Shown here: positions 18,894-29,369 of the stretch, piece after piece
Numbering within the stretch: position 1 is the stretch's first letter
How the letters are laid out: every line of letters starts with the position of its first letter
Virus record (IMG/VR): IMGVR_UViG_3300028393_000019
Coordinates: 124,001 to 188,000 of that record
Reading direction: 5' to 3' (one strand)
DNA length: 64,000 nucleotides
Made by a program: the position numbers and the translations under genes
The notes under the pieces: model-generated
The model's database searches: none
Told to the model about the DNA's origin: nothing
Seen by the model: the letters and a program-made list of their open reading frames with translations, nothing else

Positions 18894-21215
18894 ATGATAA
18901 AGATTACCGTAATAAAGAGAAGTGGCAACAAGGAAGATCTAGCAGTAGAAAAATGGCAAGCCCAAGTTGCAAAAGTTTGCCAAGGTATTGCCGATGTTAG
19001 TCAATCAATGATTGAGATCAAAAGTCAGCCACACTTTTATGATGGTATCACTACAGCAGAGATCGACGGCATTACACTACGTGCCATAGTAGACCTAATC
19101 GATGTAGAATCGAATCCGGATGTAGGTCACACCAATTATCAGTATGTGGCAGGCAAACAGCGTTTGTCAATGCTACGTAAAGATGTATATGGACAATATG
19201 AGGTTCCCCACCTCTACACAATCGTCAAGAAGAATGTTGATGTAGGACTGTACACTCCGGAACTGCTGGAGTGGTACACTGAAGATGATTGGAACCGAAT
19301 GAATGACATGCTGGATCATGAAAAAGATGAACAGTATGGATATGCGGCTATTGAGCAGTTGATTGAAAAATATTTGGTACGCAATCGTGCGACAAAGGAA
19401 ATTTATGAAACTCCACAAATTAGATATATTGTGGCAGCGGCTACTGTGTTCCATAAAGAAGAACCTAACAGTGCTAGGATGCGTTATATTAAAGAGTATT
19501 ATCAAGCCGCTTCAGATGGTTTGTTTACTTTGGCTACTCCTGTGCTGGCTGGTCTTGGAACTCCTACTAAGCAATTTAGTAGTTGCGTTCTTATTCGTAG
19601 CGATGATGATTTGGATTCCATTTTTGCCTCTGGTGAAATGATGGCCAAGTATGCCAGCAAACGTGCAGGCATTGGTTTAGAAATTGGTCGATTACGTCCA
19701 CTAGGTAGTCCTATCCGTGGTGGCGAAATTATGCACACTGGCATGATCCCATTCTTAAAGAAATGGTTTGGTGATCTACGCAGTTGCAGTCAAGGAGGTA
19801 TCCGTAATGCAAGTGCTACTGTGTTTTATCCCATTTGGCATCTACAGTTTGATGATCTTATTGTTCTTAAGAATAACCAAGGAACAGAAGAAACTAGGGT
19901 TCGACATATGGACTATGGAGTGGTATTGTCTGCCTTCTTCTGGAGACGATTTCGAAATAAGGAAGCTATAACTTTCTTTGATCCCAATCAAGTACCTGAC
20001 TTGTATGAAGCGTTCTACAAGAACACGCCCCTGTTTGAAGAGTTATATGTCAAATATGAAAAGCGCAAAGATCTACGTACCAAGACTATGAGTGCCGAAG
20101 AAGTATTCAAGAGCGGAATACTAAAAGAGCGTACAGATACTGGACGTATCTATCTTGTGTTCATTGACAATGTACAGAATCAAGGACCATTCGATCCTGA
20201 ATACCACACTATCTATCAAAGTAATCTCTGTTGTGAAATACTATTACCTACTAAATCTTTCAAGCGTCTTGATGATGTGGATGGCCGTATTGCTCTTTGC
20301 ACACTCGGCTCGATCAACTGGGGAGCATTCCGCAATCCAGAAGACATGCGCCGTGCTTGCCGTATTTTACAGCGTAGTCTATGCAACATACTTGACTACC
20401 AAGATTTTCTAAGTATACAGAGCAAACTCAGCAATGATGAGATACAGCCACTAGGCATTGGTGTTACTAACCTAGCCTACTGGCACGCCAAGCGTGGCCT
20501 ACGCTATGGCGAAAAAGATGCATTGCAGGACGTTAAGAGTTGGATGGAACATCAGGCCTTTTACTTGACAGAAGCCACAGTCGAACTAGCCAAAGAACGT
20601 GGTGCTTGTCAGCATAGCTCACATACACGATACGGCAAAGGCATCTTTCCCTGGGAACTTAGAGCCAAAGGTGCTGACCAGTTGGCAAACTTTGCTCCCG
20701 AACTTGACTGGGAAACACTGCGTACCAATATGAAAGAATACGGTGTGCGCAATGCTACGCTTATGGCTATTGCTCCAGTGGAGTCTAGCAGTGTTGTTAT
20801 CAATTCAACTAATGGCATAGAAATGCCAATGAGCTTGATTAGCACTAAGGAAAGCAAAGCAGGATCGTTTACACAGGTTGTTCCCGAGTATCATAAACTC
20901 AAGAACAAGTATCAAATGATGTGGGATCAAAAGGATTGTACAGGTTATTTAAAAACTGCGGCAGTGCTAGCGGCCTATGTGGATCAGAGTATCAGTACTA
21001 ACACTTTTTATAATCCAGCACACTTTGCTGATCGTAAAGTTCCAACCACATTGATTGCCAAGAACTTGATGCAAGCACAGCTATGGGGTTTAAAGACATT
21101 CTACTACAGTTTGATCAACAAAGCAGGCAGTAAACAAATAGCAGAAGAAGCTCCCACAATGTTAGAAGCTATTGATTTTGACAACGAAGAAGATTGCGAG
21201 GCATGTAAGCTATGA
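18894..21215 (+). CDS. nrdA: class Ia ribonucleotide reductase alpha subunit with ATP cone
   Basis: VIKRSG ATP cone, QFSSCVL, SNLCCEI, KTFYY, C-terminal CEAC. Confidence 0.97.
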   Translation: MIKITVIKRSGNKEDLAVEKWQAQVAKVCQGIADVSQSMIEIKSQPHFYDGITTAEIDGITLRAIVDLIDVESNPDVGHTNYQYVAGKQRLSMLRKDVYGQYEVPHLYTIVKKNVDVGLYTPELLEWYTEDDWNRMNDMLDHEKDEQYGYAAIEQLIEKYLVRNRATKEIYETPQIRYIVAAATVFHKEEPNSARMRYIKEYYQAASDGLFTLATPVLAGLGTPTKQFSSCVLIRSDDDLDSIFASGEMMAKYASKRAGIGLEIGRLRPLGSPIRGGEIMHTGMIPFLKKWFGDLRSCSQGGIRNASATVFYPIWHLQFDDLIVLKNNQGTEETRVRHMDYGVVLSAFFWRRFRNKEAITFFDPNQVPDLYEAFYKNTPLFEELYVKYEKRKDLRTKTMSAEEVFKSGILKERTDTGRIYLVFIDNVQNQGPFDPEYHTIYQSNLCCEILLPTKSFKRLDDVDGRIALCTLGSINWGAFRNPEDMRRACRILQRSLCNILDYQDFLSIQSKLSNDEIQPLGIGVTNLAYWHAKRGLRYGEKDALQDVKSWMEHQAFYLTEATVELAKERGACQHSSHTRYGKGIFPWELRAKGADQLANFAPELDWETLRTNMKEYGVRNATLMAIAPVESSSVVINSTNGIEMPMSLISTKESKAGSFTQVVPEYHKLKNKYQMMWDQKDCTGYLKTAAVLAAYVDQSISTNTFYNPAHFADRKVPTTLIAKNLMQAQLWGLKTFYYSLINKAGSKQIAEEAPTMLEAIDFDNEEDCEACKL

Positions 21216-22312
21216 GTAAAGAACAATATAATTTAAAAACAAAGACAGACTACCTTAATCGTAAGATGTTCTTAGACCCAGCGGGCCCAGTTACTATCCA
21301 ACGATTTGAAGAAGTTAAGTACAAAAAGATTGCAGACTTTGAAGCTACTGCACGTGGCTTCTTTTGGCAACCAGAAGAGATTAGTCTAAGCAAGGACTCT
21401 AACGATTTTAAAGATGCCAGCGATGCAGTCAAGCATATTTTTACCAGTAACCTACTACGCCAAACAGCTCTTGACAGTTTGCAAGGTCGCGGCCCTACAC
21501 AAGTTTTTACACCAGTGTGCAGTTTGCCCGAAGTAGAAGCACTCATGTACAACTGGGGCTTCTTTGAAACCAACATCCACAGCAAGAGCTATAGCCATAT
21601 CATTCGTAATATCTACAATGTGCCCAAAGATGTGTTTAGCACAATACACGACACAGAAGAGATTGTGGGCATGGCCTCAAGCGTGGGAAATTATTATGAT
21701 GCATTGCATGTTATAAACTGCCGCAAAGAAGCAGGCGAAAAGATCAATGAAAAAACTCATATCAAAGCAATTTGGTTAGCATTGCATGCCAGCTATGCGT
21801 TGGAAGCATTCCGCTTCATGGTTAGTTTTGCTACAAGTCTTGCAATGGTAGAGAACAAGATCTTTATTGGCAATGGCAACATCATCAGTTTGATTCTACA
21901 AGACGAACTGCTACACAAGGGTTGGACTGCCTATTTGATCAATCAAGTGATCAAAGAAGATCCGAGATTCGCTGAAGCCAAAGCAGAATGTGAAGCAGAA
22001 GTTTATGCACTGTATGCGGATGTGATACGTGAAGAAAAGGCGTGGGCAGATTACCTGTTCAAGATGGGTCCGGTGATCGGACTTAATGCGGCTATTCTCA
22101 AAGACTTTGTTGACTATACAGCAGTTGGCGCATTAAAAGATATTGGCATCAAGTACCAATCCAATGCACCTAGGTCTACTCCTATTCCTTGGTTCAATAA
22201 ACATAGCGACACCAGCAAAAAACAAACAGCATTACAAGAAAACGAATCAACTAACTATGTGATAGGTATCATGGGTGAAGGCATTGACTACGATGAGTTG
22301 CCCGTGCTATAA
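21212..22312 (+). CDS. nrdB: class Ia ribonucleotide reductase beta subunit
   Basis: FFWQPEE, ETNIHSKSY, LEAFRFMVSF, QDELLH. Confidence 0.97.
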   Translation: MSKEQYNLKTKTDYLNRKMFLDPAGPVTIQRFEEVKYKKIADFEATARGFFWQPEEISLSKDSNDFKDASDAVKHIFTSNLLRQTALDSLQGRGPTQVFTPVCSLPEVEALMYNWGFFETNIHSKSYSHIIRNIYNVPKDVFSTIHDTEEIVGMASSVGNYYDALHVINCRKEAGEKINEKTHIKAIWLALHASYALEAFRFMVSFATSLAMVENKIFIGNGNIISLILQDELLHKGWTAYLINQVIKEDPRFAEAKAECEAEVYALYADVIREEKAWADYLFKMGPVIGLNAAILKDFVDYTAVGALKDIGIKYQSNAPRSTPIPWFNKHSDTSKKQTALQENESTNYVIGIMGEGIDYDELPVL

Positions 22313-22313
22313 T
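22284..22313 (+). promoter_or_regulatory. sigma70-type promoter (extended -10)
   Basis: TTGACT-18-TATAAT with TG at -15/-14. Confidence 0.6.
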
Positions 22314-22330
22314 AACAAAAAGGAACTAAT

Positions 22331-22558
22331 ATGAAAGCAATAGTATGGAGTAAAAATGCCTGTCCGTTTTGTGATCAAGCCAAGGGCTTGCTCAAAATGA
22401 AGGGAATAGAGTTTGAAGAACGCAATATGAGCAAAGATTGGACCAAGGAGCAGTTGATGGCCGCTGTGCCCAATGCCAGAACTGTGCCGCAGATATTTAT
22501 AGATGATAAATTAATAGGCGGGTTTCAAGAACTAAAGAAACATTTTGAAAAGGTATAA
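22331..22558 (+). CDS. grxC: glutaredoxin
   Basis: CPFC, TVPQIFI, IGGF. Confidence 0.9.
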   Translation: MKAIVWSKNACPFCDQAKGLLKMKGIEFEERNMSKDWTKEQLMAAVPNARTVPQIFIDDKLIGGFQELKKHFEKV

Positions 22559-22559
22559 T

Positions 22560-22850
22560 ATGTTAATTAATAAAGGAATAGCAGAAGGCGAAGTGGTCAC
22601 AATCAAAACTACAGCCGGTGAAGAAATTGTGGCTAAATTAGTTACAGATGGTCCACTCAGTGTTACTGTTAAAAAACCTCTTTGTCTCACTGCTACCAAA
22701 GACGGGATTGGCCTAGTGCCGTTCTTGTTTACCACAGATCCTGACACAGAAATTAGCATTAACAAAAACAGTATAATGGTTCTTGCGCCAACTATCAAAG
22801 ATGCCGCAGATCGTTATACAGAACAAACAACTGGTATTAAACTGGTATAA
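22560..22850 (+). CDS. hypothetical protein (Sm-like fold suspected)
   Basis: VVTIK...GEEIVAKL pattern. Confidence 0.6.
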   Translation: MLINKGIAEGEVVTIKTTAGEEIVAKLVTDGPLSVTVKKPLCLTATKDGIGLVPFLFTTDPDTEISINKNSIMVLAPTIKDAADRYTEQTTGIKLV

Positions 22851-22864
22851 TTAAAGGAAACACA

Positions 22865-23056
22865 ATGAGCACACAATATCAAAAATTCACATCATTAGTA
22901 GAATCAATGGAATCAGACTTTGAAAAGTTTTATGACAAGGGCGTAAGCGCCGCGGGCACACGAGTTCGCAAACACTTGCAAGAATTGGCCAAACTTTGCA
23001 AAGAAGGGCGCAATGACGTAACAGCAGTTAAGAACGCCAAGAAAGAAGTCAAGTAA
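22865..23056 (+). CDS. histone H1-like (Hc1-type) small protein
   Basis: DFEKFYDKG..AAGTRVRK.LQEL. Confidence 0.7.
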   Translation: MSTQYQKFTSLVESMESDFEKFYDKGVSAAGTRVRKHLQELAKLCKEGRNDVTAVKNAKKEVK

Positions 23057-23064
23057 ATGCCAAC

Positions 23065-24396
23065 ATGACTATCACTGTTGTATCAATCCCTGCAACATTA
23101 ACCGTTGATGTAAACAATGCGTTTACCATGCAGGGTATTTTTAATTCAATATACAGCAGTCTTCCTCCGCCTACTGTGGTCAGCTCAACTGGCATAGTAG
23201 GCGGCATCACTAGTATAAATCCAACAGAAGGCCCTTGGTCGGCCAGCATCTCCGGAATGTCATCCACAGCTGGATTGTCTATAGGTGATAGAATTACTGC
23301 CACTTCGGGCACTGGCACATTGTATGGTGCCACTCCGGTAAGCTGTACTGTAGACAAGATAGGATCTAATAATACTATTGAGTATACTGTAGTTGGAGGC
23401 ACAACACCAACATCTGGTACCATAACAAATATTACCAAATATCAATACACAGTAACAGGTATCAGTTTGGCTATGATAGGCTTGCCTTGCAAAACTGAAG
23501 GTGTAATTGACAGCTATATGGACATCAAGGATGCAGTGGCGCGATTGTACAATTACTGTATGAAAAGTTATTTGGAACCCATATGGAAAGTACTCAATGA
23601 ACTGCTGAAGGCATTAGAAGCGGTAGTGGGCAGTTTGTTTTCCGTGGATCTCACAATACCGGTGTTGAATCTCACTATTAGCGATTTGTTCAGCGATAAC
23701 TTGTACAATAAGTTGACTATCAGTATCACAAACTTGTACAACAACGCAAGAGAAGATTTGCTTTCTTTGCTTAGGTTTTTAGGTATTCCGTTTCAACCGT
23801 TTTCGGGTGTTGATTCACCACAAACAGATATTGCCAGTATTGTAAAAAATGCCATGGTCAGCCTGTGGGGACAATTGATTAAAAAACTGGCTGACATACT
23901 GCAAGCAATAAAAACCGGATTGACTGCGTATGATATTTTAACAAATCCTGGATCATTTTATCGTCCATTAACTACTATTTGGGTTGATGTAACTGATGCA
24001 ATTTTAGGAAAAATTTCATTATTCTTTTTAACAGGCGGTCCTAGTGTGCAAGAAATATTAAATGCCTTGGAGGACTTTGTAAAGTCTGCACTGAAGAAAA
24101 CCACAGTAACAGCTCAAGAGATCTTGGACTATCTCACAGGATTCACACTGCCAGTGTTTGGCAAGCCATTTGATTGGGATTTGCCATTCCAGGGCGGTGT
24201 TCGATCTCCGCTGAAAGATCTCAATCAACTGCTGGGCGATATCAAAAATTATTGTACAAACTACATAGCTCTAATACTGGCAGCATTTGTCAAGGCTATC
24301 AGTTCTATCTTAAGTGTATTTTCACTCAGTGTGTCTTTTCCGGTGCTAAGTATTAATTATACCGCATGTGCAGTTGTGAACAACCCAGGAACCTAA
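23065..24396 (+). CDS. hypothetical protein (possibly virion or membrane)
   Basis: Thr/Gly-rich N-terminal half, hydrophobic helical C-terminal half. Confidence 0.6.
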   Translation: MTITVVSIPATLTVDVNNAFTMQGIFNSIYSSLPPPTVVSSTGIVGGITSINPTEGPWSASISGMSSTAGLSIGDRITATSGTGTLYGATPVSCTVDKIGSNNTIEYTVVGGTTPTSGTITNITKYQYTVTGISLAMIGLPCKTEGVIDSYMDIKDAVARLYNYCMKSYLEPIWKVLNELLKALEAVVGSLFSVDLTIPVLNLTISDLFSDNLYNKLTISITNLYNNAREDLLSLLRFLGIPFQPFSGVDSPQTDIASIVKNAMVSLWGQLIKKLADILQAIKTGLTAYDILTNPGSFYRPLTTIWVDVTDAILGKISLFFLTGGPSVQEILNALEDFVKSALKKTTVTAQEILDYLTGFTLPVFGKPFDWDLPFQGGVRSPLKDLNQLLGDIKNYCTNYIALILAAFVKAISSILSVFSLSVSFPVLSINYTACAVVNNPGT

Positions 24397-24783
24397 ATGG
24401 CCTATTCAGACAAAGTAATCGATCACTATGAAAATCCTCGCAATGTAGGATCGTTTGATAAAAATGATCCCACAGTGGGCACTGGCATGGTGGGAGCACC
24501 TGCCTGTGGCGATGTAATGAAACTGCAAATCAAAGTAGACACAGATGGCATCATTACCGATGCTAGATTTAAAACATATGGTTGTGGCAGTGCCATTGCC
24601 AGCAGTTCACTTATCACGGAATTGGTCAAGGGTATGAGTTTGGATCAGGCAAGTTCAATCAAGAACAGTGATATTGCACAAGAGCTGGCTCTTCCTCCGG
24701 TCAAGATACATTGTAGTATTCTAGCAGAAGATGCTATCAAGGCAGCCGTAAATGATTACCGTAACCGAAATAGCTCAAGCTAA
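24397..24783 (+). CDS. iscU: Fe-S cluster scaffold IscU
   Basis: MAYSDKVIDHYENPRNVG, GAPACGD, GCGSA, LPPVKIHC. Confidence 0.97.
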   Translation: MAYSDKVIDHYENPRNVGSFDKNDPTVGTGMVGAPACGDVMKLQIKVDTDGIITDARFKTYGCGSAIASSSLITELVKGMSLDQASSIKNSDIAQELALPPVKIHCSILAEDAIKAAVNDYRNRNSSS

Positions 24784-25078
24784 GATCAAACTGAATTTGG
24801 CTAAGCGTGGGCGTGGCGTCGGCATACGTATAGGTGTTAGAACCACAGGATGCAGTGGTTTGGCCTATACCATGGAATATGTGGACAAGTACGAAGCTGA
24901 AGTGGGTGTTACTAATTTTGGACATAAAGATTTTGTATTATTGGTAGATGCCAAAAGTCTAGTTTACTTAGATGGGCTGACCATGGATTGGGTTCGCAAT
25001 GGGCTCAATGAAGGATTTGATTTTGCCAATCCAAATGAAAAAGATCGTTGCGGATGCGGTGAGTCATTTAGAGTTTGA
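24752..25078 (+). CDS. iscA: Fe-S cluster assembly protein IscA
   Basis: GCSGLAY and CGCGESF. Confidence 0.95.
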   Translation: MITVTEIAQAKIKLNLAKRGRGVGIRIGVRTTGCSGLAYTMEYVDKYEAEVGVTNFGHKDFVLLVDAKSLVYLDGLTMDWVRNGLNEGFDFANPNEKDRCGCGESFRV

Positions 25079-25103
25079 CAAGTTCCAAAAGTGATGTTAT
25101 AAT
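25075..25103 (+). promoter_or_regulatory. sigma70-type promoter
   Basis: TTGACA-17-TATAAT. Confidence 0.8.
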
Positions 25104-25140
25104 ACTTGTATTGTTATAACTTTTGGAGTCAAAATTGAGT

Positions 25141-25533
25141 ATGCACTTAGAAGGTCCGTGGCTATCAACCACAGGCAAGCAAAAAGGCCGCAAGAAATTT
25201 GCTTCAGCAGAGCATGCTCGCAAGGCACGCGAGCAAGAAGCCAGTTGGAAGGAATTGCTCAAACGGCAGGGAATCGAACTTGAAGAAAAGAAACGTCGAC
25301 GTGCTATGGCCAGTGAAAGTTTAGGTAGCACTTACAGTTTGAAGATTCCAGAAGGCCGCAATACCACAGCACATATCCCCAGCAGAGACACTGGTGGCGG
25401 TGTAGCCACGTTGCCTCCGGCCAAAGTTTATACAGGAAACATGGTAAAAGGCATTGCGACCATGCATAAGAGCAACGCAGTACCAGTTTTTAGTGATGAA
25501 CAAGCAGTTGACATTAGTCGCATGAGGCGTTAA
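25141..25533 (+). CDS. basic hypothetical phage protein
   Basis: YTG..VKGIATMHKSNAVPVF C-terminal motif; start uncertain. Confidence 0.7.
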   Translation: MHLEGPWLSTTGKQKGRKKFASAEHARKAREQEASWKELLKRQGIELEEKKRRRAMASESLGSTYSLKIPEGRNTTAHIPSRDTGGGVATLPPAKVYTGNMVKGIATMHKSNAVPVFSDEQAVDISRMRR

Positions 25534-25707
25534 ACTGTGACTAAGTATAAACATAGTGTTATTCCCCTGGTAACAGAGGATAACTATATATTGTCCCCGA
25601 AGGATTTTGGGACAAACAGCAGTAAGGCTAATTTTTACAGGAGAAATATACAGCCAATTTTTAATGATGGTACTAGCGATACCTCATCCAGCGTAAAGGA
25701 GAAAACA

Positions 25708-26238
25708 ATGATACGCATTATCAAAATAGTAATAAATGTGCTAGTCGTACTAGCCATTGCATCTGTAGCACAACAAGCAGTTTCAAGAAAGTTTGAACGT
25801 CTTGAACAGGCTCGCGAAACAGCAAGCCCAATTACAGCCAAAATGAGACAAACTCAATTAGATTGTCTGGCTCGTAACATATACCATGAAGCAGGCGGTG
25901 AACCTTTTGAAGGCAAAGTGGCCGTGGCTCAGGTAACAATCAACAGAACCGAAAGTGGTCAATTCCCTTCTGACATCTGTGGTGTAGTCTATCAAAAAAA
26001 TGTAGTCTACGAACGTGTACTTTGCCAGTTCAGCTGGTATTGTCAAGGTCCCAGTGCCATGAAACCAATGAACGGGCCTATATATACTGAAAGTATGGAA
26101 GTAGCCAAAAAGGTGCTACTAGAAGGATTCCGCTTGCCGGATTTAAAGAAAGCTCTATACTTTCATGGGGATTATGTACAACCCGGTTGGGGCAAGAAAC
26201 CAGTGGCCAAAATTGGCCGTCACATTTTTTATGATTAA
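25708..26238 (+). CDS. SleB/Hydrolase_2 cell wall hydrolase with N-terminal membrane anchor
   Basis: CLARNIYHEAGGE, VAQVTINR, CQFSW, IGRHIFY; AAGGAG RBS before 25708. Confidence 0.9.
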   Translation: MIRIIKIVINVLVVLAIASVAQQAVSRKFERLEQARETASPITAKMRQTQLDCLARNIYHEAGGEPFEGKVAVAQVTINRTESGQFPSDICGVVYQKNVVYERVLCQFSWYCQGPSAMKPMNGPIYTESMEVAKKVLLEGFRLPDLKKALYFHGDYVQPGWGKKPVAKIGRHIFYD

Positions 26239-26250
26239 TCAAGGATAATT

Positions 26251-26592
26251 ATGAACGCAATAGTTGAAAAAATCAAAACAGGAATCCACGATCTATTTGA
26301 TTTGGATTTGTTAGTTAAAAATCTCAAAGAACACGCACCGCATGTGAGTGCAGAAACAATGGGGTGGGTAGCAGTTATTCTGCTACATTTGGCCACTATT
26401 CCCACGATGCTGGCAGTCCTAACAGGATTAACAGAGAAAATGCCACCGGTTGACATGGTTTTGTTCAGCTGGGCTGGGCTATTTTGCTTTTTTATCAAAG
26501 CCGCGATCCAAAAGGACTTTTTGAACATTGTAACCATTGGATTCGGCTTCTTTTGCCAAGCCGCTGTACTAGCACTAATAGTGTTTAAGTAA
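26251..26592 (+). CDS. small multi-TM membrane protein (holin candidate)
   Basis: Three hydrophobic segments; follows the hydrolase gene. Confidence 0.55.
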   Translation: MNAIVEKIKTGIHDLFDLDLLVKNLKEHAPHVSAETMGWVAVILLHLATIPTMLAVLTGLTEKMPPVDMVLFSWAGLFCFFIKAAIQKDFLNIVTIGFGFFCQAAVLALIVFK

Positions 26593-26631
26593 TCGACATG
26601 CTAAATATACTATATAACAAGGAGTATCCAA

Positions 26632-27336
26632 ATGGCTGGATCAGGATTTCAATTAGATAGTAATCAGTTAACACCAACTGCTTATCGTATCAGCATCAAT
26701 ACAAATACCAACTTTGCTACCACTGGAACAGCAGGCGGCGGCGTGAACCCTTACGATTGGGACAGTTCAAATTACACAAATGCTACAGCAATGTCAGCGG
26801 CGCAGGCACTGTTGCTGGCCCAGGGCAATGTGCGTTGGAACAACATTGTTCAACAATTGAGCACAGTTTCTGATTGCCGCATTTTGGATGTGGTCATCAC
26901 TGGTGGCGGAAGCCCAGCTGGTACAGATGCTACTTCAGCAAATACCGCAGTGGCATTTACTGTGGTGTTTGATCGTGCTTCTGTTATTGTTGGCAATTGG
27001 AATGCTTGGTTAAAAAGCCAAGGCGCAACAGCCAACGGTACATTCACCAATGCAGATGGTTCAACTGGTACAGCCTACAACAGTTTGAATGCGTCAGGTA
27101 CAGTTGCTATCAACACTACAGCACTGGCAGTTCAAGATATGATTGCCACTGCGCTGGTAGCAGGCGGAGCAAGCGCAGGATACACTAGAAACTTCCGCGT
27201 ATACAGTCCTTCATCACTCGGTGACTCACAAGTCAAAGTCACTGTTCTTCAACCATGCACCCCAGCACAAGCGTATACCGGCGTAGGTACCGCAACCTTA
27301 ATTGACACTATTGGGCTGGTAGGCGTACCATTATAA
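26632..27336 (+). CDS. putative virion structural protein
   Basis: Ala/Thr/Gly-rich; AAGGAG RBS; TAAATA upstream. Confidence 0.65.
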   Translation: MAGSGFQLDSNQLTPTAYRISINTNTNFATTGTAGGGVNPYDWDSSNYTNATAMSAAQALLLAQGNVRWNNIVQQLSTVSDCRILDVVITGGGSPAGTDATSANTAVAFTVVFDRASVIVGNWNAWLKSQGATANGTFTNADGSTGTAYNSLNASGTVAINTTALAVQDMIATALVAGGASAGYTRNFRVYSPSSLGDSQVKVTVLQPCTPAQAYTGVGTATLIDTIGLVGVPL

Positions 27337-27349
27337 TCGAAAGACAGGA

Positions 27350-28501
27350 ATGATATTAGCGTATCTACTACTACTAACAGGTTTAACAATATCGGCGGTC
27401 GCAATCTACTACTCAGTGGTAGGTTTGACCGCTATCTTTTCTGCCGCGGCCATACCCATTATTATCATGGGGTCAGCTCTTGAGGTAGGTAAACTGGTGT
27501 GTGCAAGTTGGCTCAAAGCCAATTGGGAACGTGCTCCACGTTTCATGAAGTACTACATGGTCATAGCAGTTGTAGTACTGATGCTGATTACGTCAATGGG
27601 CATATTCGGATTCCTTTCAAAAGCCCACAACGATCAAACCCTAGTCAGTGGAGACGTTGGCAGTAAGATCGCAATCTATGATGAAAAAATCAAAACCGAA
27701 AAAGAGAATATTGAAGCAAACCGTAAGGCACTTAAACAGATGGATGAGGGAGTGGACCAAGTACTGGGTCGCTCAACAGATGAAAAAGGTGCCGACAAAG
27801 CTGTGGCTATGCGTCGCTCCCAGCAGAAAGAACGTGTTAGACTTCAAGCTGAAATATCACAGTCGCAGAAGTCTATCGCGGAACTTAATGATGCCCGTGC
27901 GCCTATTGCCGCCGAGGTACGTAAAGTCGAAGCAGAAGTTGGGCCAATTAAGTATATCGCGGCGTTCATCTACGGCACAGCGCCAGACGAAACAATGCTG
28001 GAACGAGCAGTAACTTGGATCATTATCCTTATTGTAGTTGTATTTGACCCATTGGCAGTTATCATGTTGTTAGCCGCACAGATGACATTTGGTTGGAAGA
28101 AAGAACAAGAACACGTACCGGAAGAAATACCAGTTGTATCGACACCAGCTGATGAAATATTGAAACAGGGTGTTACCAACAGTAGCCCTGCCGATAATAT
28201 ACCGTTGATCACAGAATACGAAGGCGTTATAGCGGCAGGAACTCCCGAAGTTTTAGACGACAAGCCTGCAGAAATTATTGAAGAAACAGAATTGGACAAA
28301 TGGAACAAAATGGTGGAAGAAGCTGAACGAGCTATTGTAGAACCTGGTCCTAGTTTAGAAGAACGTTTGGCATCCGGCGAGTCCTATGTGGACAGTGAGG
28401 GCAACGAGAATCCAGTGTACTCGGAAGAAGACGGCTCAAAAAAAAAGACCTATATGATCAAGGACCCTACGGGGCAGATCCAAGTCAAGAACAGAGAATA
28501 G
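27350..28501 (+). CDS. membrane protein with coiled coil and acidic tail; contains a slippery site
   Basis: Three N-terminal TMs, coiled coil, TM with FDPLA; TCA AAA AAA AAG at 28436-28447. Confidence 0.75.
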   Translation: MILAYLLLLTGLTISAVAIYYSVVGLTAIFSAAAIPIIIMGSALEVGKLVCASWLKANWERAPRFMKYYMVIAVVVLMLITSMGIFGFLSKAHNDQTLVSGDVGSKIAIYDEKIKTEKENIEANRKALKQMDEGVDQVLGRSTDEKGADKAVAMRRSQQKERVRLQAEISQSQKSIAELNDARAPIAAEVRKVEAEVGPIKYIAAFIYGTAPDETMLERAVTWIIILIVVVFDPLAVIMLLAAQMTFGWKKEQEHVPEEIPVVSTPADEILKQGVTNSSPADNIPLITEYEGVIAAGTPEVLDDKPAEIIEETELDKWNKMVEEAERAIVEPGPSLEERLASGESYVDSEGNENPVYSEEDGSKKKTYMIKDPTGQIQVKNRE

Positions 28502-28776
28502 AGTATGTTCAAAATGAAGAACAATCCACTGATACCATTTGGTCTAGACTTAGCGAAAGAATTGTACACAGGCCAGTAGATGAGCTATATAAAGCATACC
28601 ATGAAGGAGCATTCAAAGATTTTACAGTAGACGAGTCGGAGATTGAACTGTGTAATTTTGTCAAACAAACAATAGACACAGGGCCTAGATTCTATGACTA
28701 TGCGGCAGAAAAAACAGCATATTTTGAAAAACGAATATATGAACTTAGGAAAAATAACTTTAATAACACCCCCTGA
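28447..28776 (+). CDS. start-less 109-codon -1 frame extension of the 27350 ORF
   Basis: Open from GAC 28447 to TGA 28774-28776 (DLYDQGPYGADPSQEQRIEYVQNEEQSTDTIWSRL...); no ATG in frame; fills an otherwise empty gap. Confidence 0.6.
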   Translation, partial: DLYDQGPYGADPSQEQRIEYVQNEEQSTDTIWSRLSERIVHRPVDELYKAYHEGAFKDFTVDESEIELCNFVKQTIDTGPRFYDYAAEKTAYFEKRIYELRKNNFNNTP

Positions 28777-29155
28777 CAAATTGTTCAATAACAATTTGAG
28801 CTACCTTTTGGTCAAGCCCAGCAACTTTGTCAAATCACAATTCCAAACCATACTGAGTCATGGTCTAGAAGATTTGAATGTGTTTATATTTGACAACGAT
28901 GATACAGACATCAGTTGGCTGTTAAGTTCCAGCTATCAAGCTGATTGTATTATTATTGATGTAGACAACTGTGATCCCCAAACACACAAGTTTGTTACTC
29001 TATTGCTGATGCATCCCAATGCATACTATATGACCAAGGATGAAACAACTCCGTATCATCTTATCAGCCGTAATAGAATTTACGATCTAAATTGGATAAT
29101 AGAAAAAATCAAAGCAGAAGAGGAAGAAGGCCCAGAAGATGAACCAGAAGAATAA
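28739..29155 (+). CDS. hypothetical protein
   Basis: Likely start [13 protein letters not shown]. Confidence 0.7.
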   Translation: MNLGKITLITPPDKLFNNNLSYLLVKPSNFVKSQFQTILSHGLEDLNVFIFDNDDTDISWLLSSSYQADCIIIDVDNCDPQTHKFVTLLLMHPNAYYMTKDETTPYHLISRNRIYDLNWIIEKIKAEEEEGPEDEPEE

Positions 29156-29369
29156 AGGTACAGGTGTCACTGTCAAGGACGGAGAGAACATCAATCAGGC
29201 CTTGCGTAGATTCAAACGTAAGATTGAGGATTCAGGGCTTTTGGAAGATTTACGGGCTAAAGAATTCTACGAAAAACCTACCACTGAACGCAAACGTAAA
29301 AAAGGTGCGGCCCAAGCACGTTGGAAAAAGAAGCTGAAAGATCAGCAATTACCCAAAAAAATGTATTGA
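29139..29369 (+). CDS. rpsU: 30S ribosomal protein bS21
   Basis: [13 protein letters not shown]...EFYEKPT..RKRKK. Confidence 0.93.
   Translation: MNQKNKGTGVTVKDGENINQALRRFKRKIEDSGLLEDLRAKEFYEKPTTERKRKKGAAQARWKKKLKDQQLPKKMY

Noticed and set aside
18894-22312. Introns or inteins in nrdA/nrdB
   Set aside because: Both ORFs are continuous and of ordinary class Ia length.
25992-26002. Possible slippery A AAA AAT in the SleB-like gene
   Set aside because: The -1 frame closes after about 30 codons and would truncate the catalytic domain, and no clear stimulator was seen.
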